Shown here in pieces: positions 49,837 through 60,457 of a DNA stretch of 64,000 nt (within the stretch, counting starts at the first letter, position 1; the number at the start of each line of letters is the position of its first letter). Source of the DNA: Candidatus Freyarchaeum deiterrae (GTDB lineage: Archaea > Asgardarchaeota > Jordiarchaeia > Jordiarchaeales > Jordiarchaeaceae); NCBI GenBank assembly GCA_037305845.1, contig CP147778.1, forward strand, positions 1,024,001-1,088,000. The letters run 5' to 3'. The notes below the pieces were generated by a model that was not told where the DNA came from, did no database searches, and worked only from the letters and a program-made list of their open reading frames with translations. Position numbers and translations under genes: made by a program.

Positions 49837-50649
49837 ATGAGAATAGTTGTGAAAATAGGTGGAAGTCTTATTGACGAGGATCTATCTCCTCTCGCTCGAG
49901 ACATAAAAGAGGTGGGTAAGGAGCACCAAATAGTCATAGTACATGGCGGAGCAAAGATTGTTACAGAAATAGCGGAAAAACTGGGTAAGGAGCAGAAATT
50001 CGTTACATCTCCCACCGGATTCAGAAGTAGATACACAGATGCTGAAACCGCAGATATTTACACTATGGTCATAGGAGGCACAGTAAACAAAAAGCTGGTT
50101 ACCATTCTCCTAAAAGAGGGAGTTAACAGCGTGGGACTCTCTGGAATGGACGGAGGACTGCTGGTAGCAGAAAGAAAATCACGTATTAAGGTTAAAGAGG
50201 GAAACAAGGTACTTTTAATAGATGGAGACTACACCGGAAAGGTTGTAGAGGTTAATTCGAAACTCTTAGAATTACTACTAAATGCAGGGTATGTTCCAGT
50301 CATTGGAGCAGTAGCAATCGGTAAAGAAGGAGAAAACCTGAACGTGGACGGGGATAGGGCAGCAGCCAGTGTTGCTGGAGCCATCAAAGCGGAAAAATTA
50401 TTAGATATGACGGATGTGCCGGGAGTTCTTGAGAATGAAAAAGTGATAACAAAACTGAATAAGGCAGAGGCGAAGCAGACCATGGAGAAAGTTGGCCCCG
50501 GAATGCGCAGAAAGATCTTTGCAGCATTAGAAGCAATTGAAGAGGGCGTACCAGAAGTAATTATAGCGTCAGGAATTGGAGAGCACCCCATCCTTGATGC
50601 TTTAAAAGAAAAAAACTGTACGGTGATCACGGATGAATCAAGCGAATGA
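49837..50649 (+). CDS. lysZ: LysW-aminoadipate/glutamate kinase
   Basis: VVKIGG, VHGG, SRYTD, LNVDGDRAA. Confidence 0.95.
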   Translation: MRIVVKIGGSLIDEDLSPLARDIKEVGKEHQIVIVHGGAKIVTEIAEKLGKEQKFVTSPTGFRSRYTDAETADIYTMVIGGTVNKKLVTILLKEGVNSVGLSGMDGGLLVAERKSRIKVKEGNKVLLIDGDYTGKVVEVNSKLLELLLNAGYVPVIGAVAIGKEGENLNVDGDRAAASVAGAIKAEKLLDMTDVPGVLENEKVITKLNKAEAKQTMEKVGPGMRRKIFAALEAIEEGVPEVIIASGIGEHPILDALKEKNCTVITDESSE

Positions 50650-51820
50650 TAAATCAAGATATGTTCATCTGGAAGACACTTTCGAGGCCCAGACCTATGC
50701 CAAAAGACCGGTTGTAATTGTGAGAGGCAAAGGAGCCTTGGTCTGGGATACAGAAGGTAAAGAATATATAGACTGTGTAGCCGGTCACGGAGTAAGTCTT
50801 ACGGGACATTGCCATCCCAAAATTGTAGAAGCCATAAAAAGACAGGCTGAAAAACTCATAACCTGCCCGGGCATATTATACAATGATGCCAGAGCAGAAC
50901 TGGTAGAAAAACTGGCAAAAATAGCTCCTAAAGGCTTAACAAGAACCTTTCTTTCAAACAGTGGAACTGAGGCAGTTGAATGCGCTATAAAAGTAGCCCG
51001 AAAGTATACCGGAAAGAAAGAGATTATAGCTATGACTAAGGGATTTCATGGTCGTTCTCTAGGGGCACTATCAGCCACTTGGGAAAAAAAATACAGAGAA
51101 CCTTTTGAGCCTCTTGTTCCAGGATTCAATCATGTAAAATTCGGCGACGCAGACGAGGTTCGAGAAGCTATAAACGAAAACACAGCCGCAGTGATAGTAG
51201 AACCAGTACAAGGGGAAGCGGGTATTTATCCTGCACCAGAAGGTTACTTGAAAGAGTTAAGAGAGATCTGTGATGAAAAGGATGTTTTACTCATATTTGA
51301 TGAGATCCAGAGCGGACTTGGTAGAACCGGTGAAATGTTTGCATGCATGCATTGGGGAGTGACTCCAGACATAATGACCCTAGCTAAGGGAATCGCTGGA
51401 GGCGTACCCATGGGAGCCACTATTGCCAGAGAAGAAGTAATGAATTCCCTCAAAGAGGGTGAACATGGCACAACCTTTGGTGGAAATCCCCTCGCATGCG
51501 CTGCCGCAAATACTACACTAGATGTCATAGTAGAGGAAAAACTCCCCCAAAGATCTAAGGAACTGGGATTACGTTTAAAGAACGAATTAGAAGCGGTTAA
51601 GCAGAACTCTAAAGCCGTCAAAGAGATTAGAGCACTGGGTTTAATGGTCGGAGTCGAGCTGCGTTTCAAAGTCAAGGACTATGTGTTAAAGTCTCTGGAA
51701 AAGGGACTACTGGTTTTAACTTCAGGACTAACCATTCTAAGATTACTGCCCCCTCTAGTTATTGAGGAAGAGCAGGTTGATAAAACAGCGGAGATTTTGG
51801 CGCAGATATTGGAGACCTGA
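50633..51820 (+). CDS. lysJ: LysW-semialdehyde aminotransferase (class III)
   Basis: NSGTEAVE, FHGR, DEIQSGLGRTG, LAKG, HGTTFGGNP. Confidence 0.93.
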   Translation: MNQANDKSRYVHLEDTFEAQTYAKRPVVIVRGKGALVWDTEGKEYIDCVAGHGVSLTGHCHPKIVEAIKRQAEKLITCPGILYNDARAELVEKLAKIAPKGLTRTFLSNSGTEAVECAIKVARKYTGKKEIIAMTKGFHGRSLGALSATWEKKYREPFEPLVPGFNHVKFGDADEVREAINENTAAVIVEPVQGEAGIYPAPEGYLKELREICDEKDVLLIFDEIQSGLGRTGEMFACMHWGVTPDIMTLAKGIAGGVPMGATIAREEVMNSLKEGEHGTTFGGNPLACAAANTTLDVIVEEKLPQRSKELGLRLKNELEAVKQNSKAVKEIRALGLMVGVELRFKVKDYVLKSLEKGLLVLTSGLTILRLLPPLVIEEEQVDKTAEILAQILET

Positions 51821-51823
51821 AAC

Positions 51824-52882
51824 ATGGATCCTCAAGATTTTCTAAAACGAATGCTCGAAATTTACAGCCCCTCGGGGCAAGAAGCTGAACTCGCTAAATT
51901 TCTTCAAACCCAAATGAACACCATGGGTTTTGAAACGGAAATAGATGAAGTTGGAAACGTTATCGGCAGAATCGGGAAGGGTGAACCGACTCTACTACTC
52001 AGCGGTCACATGGATACCGTAACTAAGGAACTACCAGTCCAAGTCATCGATAGTGAATTAACAGGTAGAGGCGCAGTTGATGCAAAATCTTCTCTTGCAG
52101 CTCTAATACTTGCAGCCTCGATTTTTGTTGATCAGAAAATTAGCGGAAGTATACTGGTTGTGGGCACGGTACAAGAGGAAGGAACATCCAGTGGTATAAA
52201 AAACATAGTAGATAAAGGGTTAAAGGCGGACTACTCGATTTTTGGCGAACCGTGCAATACCAATTTTATTGTAGTAGGTTACAAAGGAAGTTTAGAAATA
52301 GAACTTGAGGTCAGAACTAAACCCGGTCATCCAGCTAATCCTACGGTAAGAAACGCTAACGAGGAATTAATATCCATTTGGCTAAGGATAAAGGATGAAC
52401 TAGGAAAATACCAATCCAAATCAAATTATGACTCGGTAAACGTATCACTGGGCCGATTGAATGGTAGAGACAATCAAAGCGTAGCAGAAATAAGGGTTAG
52501 GATACCATTCAAAATGAGCTGCAGTGATACCTATGAAATGATAAATCGTGTAGTTCAAGATTATTGTGAAAAAAATACTGACATTGTGTGCACAACCAGA
52601 CTGATTGATACCACAGAGCCTTACGAGGCTGAAAAAAAATCGCCTCTAATAGAGGCGTTGAGAAATTCAATAAAGCAGATTACAGGGGAGGACGCCCGCT
52701 TAATAAAAAAAACTGGAACCGGCGATATGAACATTTATGGAAACAGCATAAAAACCTCAGCAGTCACCTATGGTCCAGGTGACCCCCGCCTAGACCATAC
52801 AGACCATGAAAGAATATCTATAAAACAGTTTTTAGACACCATAAAAATTCTAACTAGGACAATCGAAAAACTGGTACTATAG
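51824..52882 (+). CDS. lysK: LysW-lysine/ornithine carboxypeptidase (M20)
   Basis: GHMDTV, GRGAVDAK, QEE, KTGTGDMN, YGPGD..LDHT. Confidence 0.93.
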   Translation: MDPQDFLKRMLEIYSPSGQEAELAKFLQTQMNTMGFETEIDEVGNVIGRIGKGEPTLLLSGHMDTVTKELPVQVIDSELTGRGAVDAKSSLAALILAASIFVDQKISGSILVVGTVQEEGTSSGIKNIVDKGLKADYSIFGEPCNTNFIVVGYKGSLEIELEVRTKPGHPANPTVRNANEELISIWLRIKDELGKYQSKSNYDSVNVSLGRLNGRDNQSVAEIRVRIPFKMSCSDTYEMINRVVQDYCEKNTDIVCTTRLIDTTEPYEAEKKSPLIEALRNSIKQITGEDARLIKKTGTGDMNIYGNSIKTSAVTYGPGDPRLDHTDHERISIKQFLDTIKILTRTIEKLVL

Positions 52883-52888
52883 AGCATT

Positions 52889-53956
52889 TCAAATGCGTTC
52901 TGGTTCTCTTTCCTTCTTATCTTTTCTTTCTTTGATTTTTTTCTCAAGCTCAGACACAAACGGAACCATATCCTCCGAAGGTTCAAAGGGTACAACTCGC
53001 TTCAATGGCCTCATCCACTCTAAAACCAGCGGAGCCTGCCCCAACAAACCAATTATATTTAGAACAGCCTCTTTATTAACCTCAGAAAAAGTGTTTGCTA
53101 AAGAACCAGCGACGGTTTCAAGATCTCCTTTTTGTAAAACATAAGACTTTTCCAGTGTTAGTGACTTGCTAAACATTATAGGTCCTATTTTAGTATCTCT
53201 TTTGCTATCAAAATGAATTTCACCGTTAAGAGTGCAGACATAAGCATTGTTTATATCGGCTTTAAAGCGGCCATTCCACGTAGTTTCCCATTTTTCCTCA
53301 TCACTTCTCTTCTTAGCTGCATGCCTTAGTATTATCCTGCACTTATCACCCATAGGTATGGCTATCACAGAATGTCTTGATTCACCGAACTTAATAACCT
53401 CACTATAAAGAGGAGTTAGAAGTTCTTCAACCCTTTTCCGGAAATCTTTCACTTTAAAACCCAGAAACGTATTCTCAGATAAACTTCTATTCATAGTGCC
53501 TACTATTTTTCCCTCAGTAAAGTCATACTTGGAAAGGGCATTGCAATTAGGACAGGCAAACGAACCAAAGACCCCCCCTTCGGTTTCAACAAATTCCTCT
53601 TCTATCTCCGAATCTAGGAAGAATGCTGCATTACATTTGGGGCAACTTACAATCACTGGCAAAATATTTATAGAACCACGATTTTTGTTAGCATCCACTA
53701 ATCTCTCCGTTTCTTCATATATCGGTTGAACATACACATTAGTAACATCTGCTAAACCCTTCAAAGCCTCTTCCTTATTATTAACAAGAAAATTTCTAAC
53801 AACCCTACGAATAATTTTTTCTCTTTCACTCTTGGCCTCGTCGGAGGTCTCCTTAGCTCTCATAATAATATTTTCCGCTTCTCTCTTAGCAGTCTCCAAA
53901 ATCGAATCTGCTTTCTTTCTAGCGTCAGAAATAATCTTATCAGCTTCCATGGACAA
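52889..53956 (-). CDS. Hypothetical protein with N-terminal stalk-like coiled coil and zinc ribbon
   Basis: ADKIISDARKKADSILETAKREAENII; CPKC...CPNC. Confidence 0.7.
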   Translation of the reverse strand: MSMEADKIISDARKKADSILETAKREAENIIMRAKETSDEAKSEREKIIRRVVRNFLVNNKEEALKGLADVTNVYVQPIYEETERLVDANKNRGSINILPVIVSCPKCNAAFFLDSEIEEEFVETEGGVFGSFACPNCNALSKYDFTEGKIVGTMNRSLSENTFLGFKVKDFRKRVEELLTPLYSEVIKFGESRHSVIAIPMGDKCRIILRHAAKKRSDEEKWETTWNGRFKADINNAYVCTLNGEIHFDSKRDTKIGPIMFSKSLTLEKSYVLQKGDLETVAGSLANTFSEVNKEAVLNIIGLLGQAPLVLEWMRPLKRVVPFEPSEDMVPFVSELEKKIKERKDKKEREPERI

Positions 53957-54263
53957 AACTACACTCTCCCTAAACCTTGCCTATAAAAGAAAGGGGTTTC
54001 AAGCAAAACTTACCTAATCTTTGCAAAATATTTTTCCTAATTGCACTCTCATAAAAGCATTCACAAAGCTAATTATTATTATTACAAACCTAATATGATA
54101 AGCGTTTCGATTAATAATATATAAAAAGAGTTAAAACCACTGCAAGTTTAAAGGAAAAAAACCGCAAATCTTTATAAAGGAATAAGTATAAAAATGACGA
54201 AACAACAATTCCGCCAAAAGTAATTGCGGATAAGTGTAAAATAGTTAATTCGGAAGGAGAAAA

Positions 54264-54683
54264 ATGTCGCGAAGAAGGAGAAGAAGTTCAAGAAGAACTC
54301 CAAGACGAGAATCAAGAAGCCTAGCACTGATTGGCGCGATACTGCTGATAGTAAGCCCATTTGTACCAAACATAGCTTTTGGATCGTATACCTCACCCGG
54401 TCAGACATTCCCACAGCTAACAGGTGGTATTGGGTGGTGGTTCCTTAGTCTCTGGGGAATTATTGCTTTGATAATGGGTATGCTTGCCCTAATCGGTTTA
54501 CTTATAGATTCTGGCGACGTAACTATGATTCTTTGTGTACTCGGTGGTATCATAGGTTTACTCATAGGAATATTGAATTTAATTTGGTTCATAACGGGAG
54601 GAATAATTCTAGCCTTTGCACCAGCTACTGCACTACTGGGTGGTTTACTAACTTTACTTGGAGCACTAAGAATCAGAGTTTAA
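54264..54683 (+). CDS. Membrane protein with Arg-rich N-terminus
   Basis: MSRRRRRSSRR then about 4 TM helices; GGAAGGAG RBS. Confidence 0.7.
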   Translation: MSRRRRRSSRRTPRRESRSLALIGAILLIVSPFVPNIAFGSYTSPGQTFPQLTGGIGWWFLSLWGIIALIMGMLALIGLLIDSGDVTMILCVLGGIIGLLIGILNLIWFITGGIILAFAPATALLGGLLTLLGALRIRV

Positions 54684-54815
54684 ATGGCACAACCTCTTCC
54701 TTTTTTTTTAATATATTCTCGAATTCTTGAAAAAGAAAAGTAGAAGAGAAATTCTACTCAAAAAATGTTTCAGATTATTTTCTTGCAATCTTCTAGTTTA
54801 TAGTCTCGTACCAGT

Positions 54816-54885
54816 TAACATATATATGTCAAAATAATCAATATTAATTCGAGAATGTTGCTTTTTTTATGTCATTTTTGACATA
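54816..54885. promoter_or_regulatory. Candidate operator upstream of the pur operon
   Basis: Perfect palindrome TATGTCA-TTTT-TGACATA 54868-85 and near-palindrome TTAACATATATATGTCAA 54816-33. Confidence 0.5.
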
Positions 54886-55022
54886 TTTATTTTTACAAGT
54901 TTATGTTTATTTACATGAACATTGAAAAAAAGTTTTATATTGTTTGTGTAGATAGTTGGAGTTGTTGGAGTCTTGGGTCTTCCGCGATTTAGAATTAATA
55001 AATGTTGCTCGGAGATAGAAAT

Positions 55023-55775
55023 ATGCCTAACCCTTCGGGTAAGGTTCTTTCTGAGGGCAAAACTAAGATCGTGCGTGAAACTGAACGCAGCGATGTGGTC
55101 CTCTTAGAATTCAAGGACAGTATTACTGCTCTTGATGGAGAGAAAAAGGACATTTTAAGAGGAAAAGCCGTAATAAATTCGCATATATCAGCCTACTTTT
55201 TAGAATTATTGGAAAAAAACGGGGTTCCCACTCACATTATTGAATTTGTTGAACCGAACATGATGATAGCAAAGAAGCTAAGGATGATACCTGTAGAGGT
55301 TGTTTGTAGAAATATTGCTGCGGGGCATTTTGTTAAAAATTTTCCTGTAGCAGAAGGGACGCCGCTAAATCCGCCAATCGTAGAATTTTATCTTAAAGAT
55401 GACACCCGCCATGATCCTATGCTTAATGAGGATCATTTTGTAGTTTTGGGACTTGCTTCTCGAGAGGAAGTTAAAAAGATTAAGGAACTCGCTCTTAAGA
55501 CGAATAAGGTTTTATGTAAGGATTTAAAGGCTAAGGGCCTTATTCTTGTGGATTTCAAGATAGAAGTAGGGCGAGGATCAAATGGCAAAGTTTATGTTGG
55601 GGATGAAATTAACGCTGACTCTATGAGACTCTGGGAAGTCGGCACCAACAGAATTCTGGATAAGGATGTTTACAGAAAAGGTGGATCAATGGAAGAGGTT
55701 TTGAACACTTACGTTCAACTTTATGAAAAGCTTTTAGGAAAAACGCCAGCCATCGGAGGAATCCTAAATGGATAA
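55023..55775 (+). CDS. purC: SAICAR synthetase
   Basis: EGKTK, FKDSITA, IPVEVVCRN, LVDFKIE, DSMRLW, LDKDVYR. Confidence 0.97.
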   Translation: MPNPSGKVLSEGKTKIVRETERSDVVLLEFKDSITALDGEKKDILRGKAVINSHISAYFLELLEKNGVPTHIIEFVEPNMMIAKKLRMIPVEVVCRNIAAGHFVKNFPVAEGTPLNPPIVEFYLKDDTRHDPMLNEDHFVVLGLASREEVKKIKELALKTNKVLCKDLKAKGLILVDFKIEVGRGSNGKVYVGDEINADSMRLWEVGTNRILDKDVYRKGGSMEEVLNTYVQLYEKLLGKTPAIGGILNG

Positions 55776-56025
55776 TTATGTGTTAGAAATTGTGATAGAG
55801 AACAAGCCTGCTGCAAGAGACCCCGAAGGGGAAACTATACTCAAAGATTTAATGAATCAGAATGGGTTTGAAATGGTTAAAAATGTACGCTCAGGAAAAT
55901 TCCTCCGAGTAAATCTAGAGGCTGAGAGCAGGGAAGAAGCCAAGAATATTGTTTACAGAATGTGTAACGATTTAAGGATTTTCAATCCAGTTATTCACGT
56001 AGTCACAATAAACGTGAAGGATTAG
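55768..56025 (+). CDS. purS: FGAM synthase subunit PurS
   Basis: RDPEGETI, VRSGK, FNPVIH. Confidence 0.95.
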   Translation: MDNYVLEIVIENKPAARDPEGETILKDLMNQNGFEMVKNVRSGKFLRVNLEAESREEAKNIVYRMCNDLRIFNPVIHVVTINVKD

Positions 56026-56080
56026 TAAAATAATCATACAATCCAAATAATGTAGGTTTAGTCCCCCTGAGGAGATATTT

Positions 56081-56782
56081 ATGAAAGTAGCGGTTATTAG
56101 ATTCCCTGGTTCAAATTGTGACTTAGACGCAGTACATGTGCTCAGGAATGTTATAGGACTGGAAACAGAGCTGGTGTGGCATAAGGATTTCAAGGACGGG
56201 GACTTCGATGCTGTTATACTTCCTGGTGGTTTTTCTTATGGGGATGCTTTGAGGGCGGGAGTCATAGCCGCGTACAGCCCTGCTATGAAACTGGTAAAAG
56301 AAATGGCTAAAGATGGAAAGCCAGTTTTAGGAATATGTAACGGTTTCCAAACCTTGGTTGAATCAGGCTTACTCAGCGGAGCCTTGCTGAAAAATGATTG
56401 TCTCACATTTGTATGTAAATGGGTTACACTCCGTGTTGATAACACGGAAACCATGTTCACCGAAATGATGGAAAGGGGCCAAATAGTTAGAATGCCCATA
56501 GCTCATGGTGAAGGACGATATTATAATGATGAGGAAGCTATTCGTGAAATGGAGGAAAATCATCAGATTGTTTTTCGATACTCCGATGATAACGGTAAAT
56601 TAACACCTGATTCGAATCCCAACGGATCGGTCGAGAATATAGCGGGTATTTGCAATTTGGAGCGAAACGTTGTGGGTTTAATGCCCCACCCTGAAAGAGC
56701 CTCCGAGCCTATTCTTAGTCCCTTTAAAACGGACCACGGGAAACTACTGTTCGAATCCATGATTAATGCGATTAAAGGATGA
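56081..56782 (+). CDS. purQ: FGAM synthase glutaminase subunit
   Basis: FPGSNCD, PGGFSYGD, GICNGFQ, MPHPER. Confidence 0.98.
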   Translation: MKVAVIRFPGSNCDLDAVHVLRNVIGLETELVWHKDFKDGDFDAVILPGGFSYGDALRAGVIAAYSPAMKLVKEMAKDGKPVLGICNGFQTLVESGLLSGALLKNDCLTFVCKWVTLRVDNTETMFTEMMERGQIVRMPIAHGEGRYYNDEEAIREMEENHQIVFRYSDDNGKLTPDSNPNGSVENIAGICNLERNVVGLMPHPERASEPILSPFKTDHGKLLFESMINAIKG

Positions 56783-59009
56783 GGCGATTGTAGTGACAAT
56801 AGTTGATGGGGTTCAAGTAGACTTAAAACCCGAAGAGTTGAAACAGGCAGAAAAAATACTGAGAAAAAAGCCTAATGCTGTAGAAGCGGGCATGATAGAT
56901 ATTATGTGGTCCGAGCATTGTTCTTACAAATCTTCAAGACCAATTCTAAAGCTACTCCCCAAGAAAGGTTCTAGAGTTGTAGTTGGACCAGGGTATGATG
57001 CCGGGGTTGTCGACATCGGAGACGATTATGTTGTGGTTTTCAAAATTGAGTCACACAATCATCCATCGGCAATTGAACCCTATAACGGAGCAGCTACTGG
57101 AATAGGTGGAATAATTCGTGATATTTTATGTATGGGGGCACGTCCCATCGCTCTGCTTGACCCCCTACGTTTCGGCTCTCTAAAAAGTCCCCATTCACGC
57201 TGGCTCTTTAAATATGTAGTGAAGGGCATAGCTGATTATGGAAACTGCACTGGTATCCCCACTGTGCGTGGCGAAGTAGAATTTGATGAAAGCTTTGAAT
57301 CAAACTGCCTAGTAAACGTAACATGTGTTGGTATCGCGAAGAAAGGTGATATCTTTTTAGCTGAAGCAAAGTATCCAGGAGACGCGGTTATTCTTGCAGG
57401 TGGCTCCACGGGGAGAGACGGCATCCATGGTGTTACATTCGCCTCTCGGGCACTAACCGAGCAATCTGAGGAAGATCGCCCAGCGGTTCAGGTCGGCGAT
57501 CCCTTTACAAAAAAATTAATCATTGATGCTACGCTCGAAATTTTGAAAACAGGTTTTGTACACGGGTTAAAAGATCTTGGTGGAGGGGGTTTAACCTGCG
57601 CTTCCTCAGAAATGGCGAATAAGGGGGGTACAGGGATTGATATTGAGCTTTCAAAAGTTCACTTGAGGGAGAAAGGGCTTACACCCTTCGATATAATGCT
57701 TTCTGAATCGCAGGAACGTATGCTATTTATTGTAGATCCGAGTGGAGTGGAAACTGTTACAGGGATACTGAACAAGTATGGCTTAGCTTGGAGTAATGTA
57801 GGCAAGGTCACTGAGTCCAGTTATGTTAACGTCTTTCAAAATGGCTCGTTGGTGGCTAAAGTCCCTGCTAAACTATTAGCGGAAGCCCCCACAATAGAGA
57901 GAAAAGCTGAAAAACCATCTTACATAGATGCATTGCAGGCAGTCGAAAAACCTCAGATGCCTGACAATCTATCCGAAACCCTGATTCAACTAATGGCTTC
58001 TGAAAACATTGCTAATAAGGAATGGGTTTATCGTCAGTATGACCATGAAGTAGGCATTGGGAGCATAGTTAAATGCGGAGAAGCAGATGCGGGGGTGCTT
58101 AGAATACTGGGCGAGGATAAGGGTATTGCGGTTTCTAGCGACTGCAACTCTAAACATTGCTATCTTGATCCCTATAATGGGGGGGCCGGTGCTGTGGCTG
58201 AATCTTGTAGAAACGTTGCAGCAGTAGGTGCCCTTCCTATAGCAATGGTAGATGGTTTGAATTTTGGTAACCCTGAAAAAGCGGATGTTTTTTGGCAGTT
58301 TAAAGAAGCGGTACGCGGAATGTCAGATATGTGCAAGGTTATGCAAACACCATGTGTGGGAGGAAATGTGAGTTTTTACAACGAAGACGAAGTGACAAAA
58401 AAGGCAGTAAAACCCACACCAATCGTTGTCGCACTCGGAGTTTTAAACACGCTTAAAAATATTGTAACGTTAACATTCAAAAATGTTAATGACTGCATTT
58501 TATTAATAGGAGAAACTTTGCCCGAAATGGGTGGCTCTGAGTACTATTATTCGATTCACGGTATTGAAGGAGGAATAGCTCCCAAGGTGGATATGAAAAG
58601 AGAGAAAAGCACCATTGACTTTGTTTTATCGTCGATACAGAAGAATTATGTTAACGCGGTCCACGACTGTTCAAAAGGTGGGCTTGGAGTGGCTCTTTCC
58701 CTGATGAGTGTAAAAAGCGACCGTGGCATTGAGATAGACCTCAGTAAAACTAATATAGGAAAACTGAGATTGGACGAGCTGTTATTTTCCGAGAGTCACT
58801 CTCGATTCATCGTAACCACTCCAGAATCTAATGTCAAAGATCTCCTTGAACTTGCTAAGAGACAAGGCATACCCGCATACCATATAGGAAATGTTAGTAG
58901 TTCGTCTCAAGTTGTATTTCGTTATGAAGATAATCAAATTGTAAATTGTGATTTAAAAAATATGAAAACAGCTTGGGAAAATACGATACCTTCGTTTATG
59001 GGGCTTTAA
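56766..59009 (+). CDS. purL: FGAM synthase large subunit (true start possibly GTG 56793)
   Basis: WSEHCSYKSS, ESHNHPS, GRDGIHG, SESQERM, QYDHEV, GGNVSFYN. Confidence 0.98.
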   Translation: MRLKDEAIVVTIVDGVQVDLKPEELKQAEKILRKKPNAVEAGMIDIMWSEHCSYKSSRPILKLLPKKGSRVVVGPGYDAGVVDIGDDYVVVFKIESHNHPSAIEPYNGAATGIGGIIRDILCMGARPIALLDPLRFGSLKSPHSRWLFKYVVKGIADYGNCTGIPTVRGEVEFDESFESNCLVNVTCVGIAKKGDIFLAEAKYPGDAVILAGGSTGRDGIHGVTFASRALTEQSEEDRPAVQVGDPFTKKLIIDATLEILKTGFVHGLKDLGGGGLTCASSEMANKGGTGIDIELSKVHLREKGLTPFDIMLSESQERMLFIVDPSGVETVTGILNKYGLAWSNVGKVTESSYVNVFQNGSLVAKVPAKLLAEAPTIERKAEKPSYIDALQAVEKPQMPDNLSETLIQLMASENIANKEWVYRQYDHEVGIGSIVKCGEADAGVLRILGEDKGIAVSSDCNSKHCYLDPYNGGAGAVAESCRNVAAVGALPIAMVDGLNFGNPEKADVFWQFKEAVRGMSDMCKVMQTPCVGGNVSFYNEDEVTKKAVKPTPIVVALGVLNTLKNIVTLTFKNVNDCILLIGETLPEMGGSEYYYSIHGIEGGIAPKVDMKREKSTIDFVLSSIQKNYVNAVHDCSKGGLGVALSLMSVKSDRGIEIDLSKTNIGKLRLDELLFSESHSRFIVTTPESNVKDLLELAKRQGIPAYHIGNVSSSSQVVFRYEDNQIVNCDLKNMKTAWENTIPSFMGL

Positions 59010-59011
59010 AT

Positions 59012-60457
59012 ATGATTGAACAAAATTGTTTAGATAAGCCGCGTGAACACTGCGGAGTAATAGGAGTTTATGCACCGGACAAATCGATTCAGGTTTCAAG
59101 ATACGCGTTTGATGGCTTGATTGGTCTTCAGCACAGAGGACAGGAATCCGCGGGAATATACGTGCAAAATGGTAAAGGGATCACGGGCCATAAGGACATG
59201 GGTCTTGCCAGCACAGTTTTCACAAAGAAAATTCTGTCCACGCTCTATGGGAACAAGGCAATAGCACATGTCAGATATAGTACCACGGCAGATAGCAATA
59301 TTGAGAATGCGCAGCCCAAAAAGTTCGTTTCTACTCTAGGTTCCTACGCCATCGCCTTTAACGGAACAATAACCAATTTCCTTAAACTAAGAGAGATATT
59401 AGAGGATAAAGGTCATGTTTTCCACACAGAATCAGACACGGAAACAATAGCTCACGTCTTAGCAGCAAATCTGCTGGAAACAGATGATTACAGCCAAGCA
59501 ATAGTCAGAAGTATGAACCAGTTGAAAGGCTCTTACTCTATGGCCATACTGAATGAAAAAGGCGAGCTTTATGCCGTGCGTGACCCATTAGGATTCAAAC
59601 CATTATGCATAGGAAGAGTTAACGGAATTTACATGATTTCCTCCGAAACTGCAGCTATTGAATCCCTCAACGGAACCATTTTAGAAGACGTAAAACCAGG
59701 CCAAGTAAAACTTATTACCGATAGTGGCCCCGTAACACAAGCAGTTGTCAAGGCAGATAGACGTGCCCGTTGTATGTTTGAGTTTGTTTACTTCTCAAGA
59801 ACCGACACCAGATTTGATGGTATATCAATTTACAAGGTTCGGGAAAGACTAGGAAAAATACTCGCTCAAATCCACCCAGTAGATGCAGATATTGTTGTCC
59901 CTGTTCCTGATTCAGGTAGAACTGCTGCGACTGGATATGCGTATGAGTCAGGTATACCCCTGGGAGAAGGCTTAATTAAAAATCGTTACGTTTGGCGAAC
60001 CTTCATTATGCCTGTACAGGTAGAGAGAGAAGACCAGGTTAAACTGAAACTTAACCCGGTCAGAGAACTTATTGATGGAAAAGACGTTGTACTCATGGAC
60101 GATTCTATAGTTAGAGCCACCACCATGAAGAGAATAGTTGACCTCGTTAGAAATGCAGGTGCTAGAAAAGTTCACGTGATGGTTAGCTGCCCACCCATCA
60201 TAGCCCCATGTTACATGGGAATAGATTTCCCAACCAGCCGTGAATTGATTGCTTCAAATCAAACAGTCGAAGAAATTAAAAAATTTGTCGACGCTGACTC
60301 ACTCGGTTATATGACAATTGATGGGCTAATGGAGGGCATTGGATTACCGGAAAACGAGCTTTGCATGGCTTGTCTTAACAAGAAATACCCCGTTGAGTCC
60401 TTAGACACCGATTCCCTGGAGAGCCAGCTCGGAGGTATAAAAAAAATTGAAGTTTAA
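59012..60457 (+). CDS. purF: Amidophosphoribosyltransferase, paralog 1
   Basis: REHCGV, QHRGQESAG, HVRYST, SDTE, CMFEFVYF, DDSIVR, LCMAC. Confidence 0.95.
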   Translation: MIEQNCLDKPREHCGVIGVYAPDKSIQVSRYAFDGLIGLQHRGQESAGIYVQNGKGITGHKDMGLASTVFTKKILSTLYGNKAIAHVRYSTTADSNIENAQPKKFVSTLGSYAIAFNGTITNFLKLREILEDKGHVFHTESDTETIAHVLAANLLETDDYSQAIVRSMNQLKGSYSMAILNEKGELYAVRDPLGFKPLCIGRVNGIYMISSETAAIESLNGTILEDVKPGQVKLITDSGPVTQAVVKADRRARCMFEFVYFSRTDTRFDGISIYKVRERLGKILAQIHPVDADIVVPVPDSGRTAATGYAYESGIPLGEGLIKNRYVWRTFIMPVQVEREDQVKLKLNPVRELIDGKDVVLMDDSIVRATTMKRIVDLVRNAGARKVHVMVSCPPIIAPCYMGIDFPTSRELIASNQTVEEIKKFVDADSLGYMTIDGLMEGIGLPENELCMACLNKKYPVESLDTDSLESQLGGIKKIEV

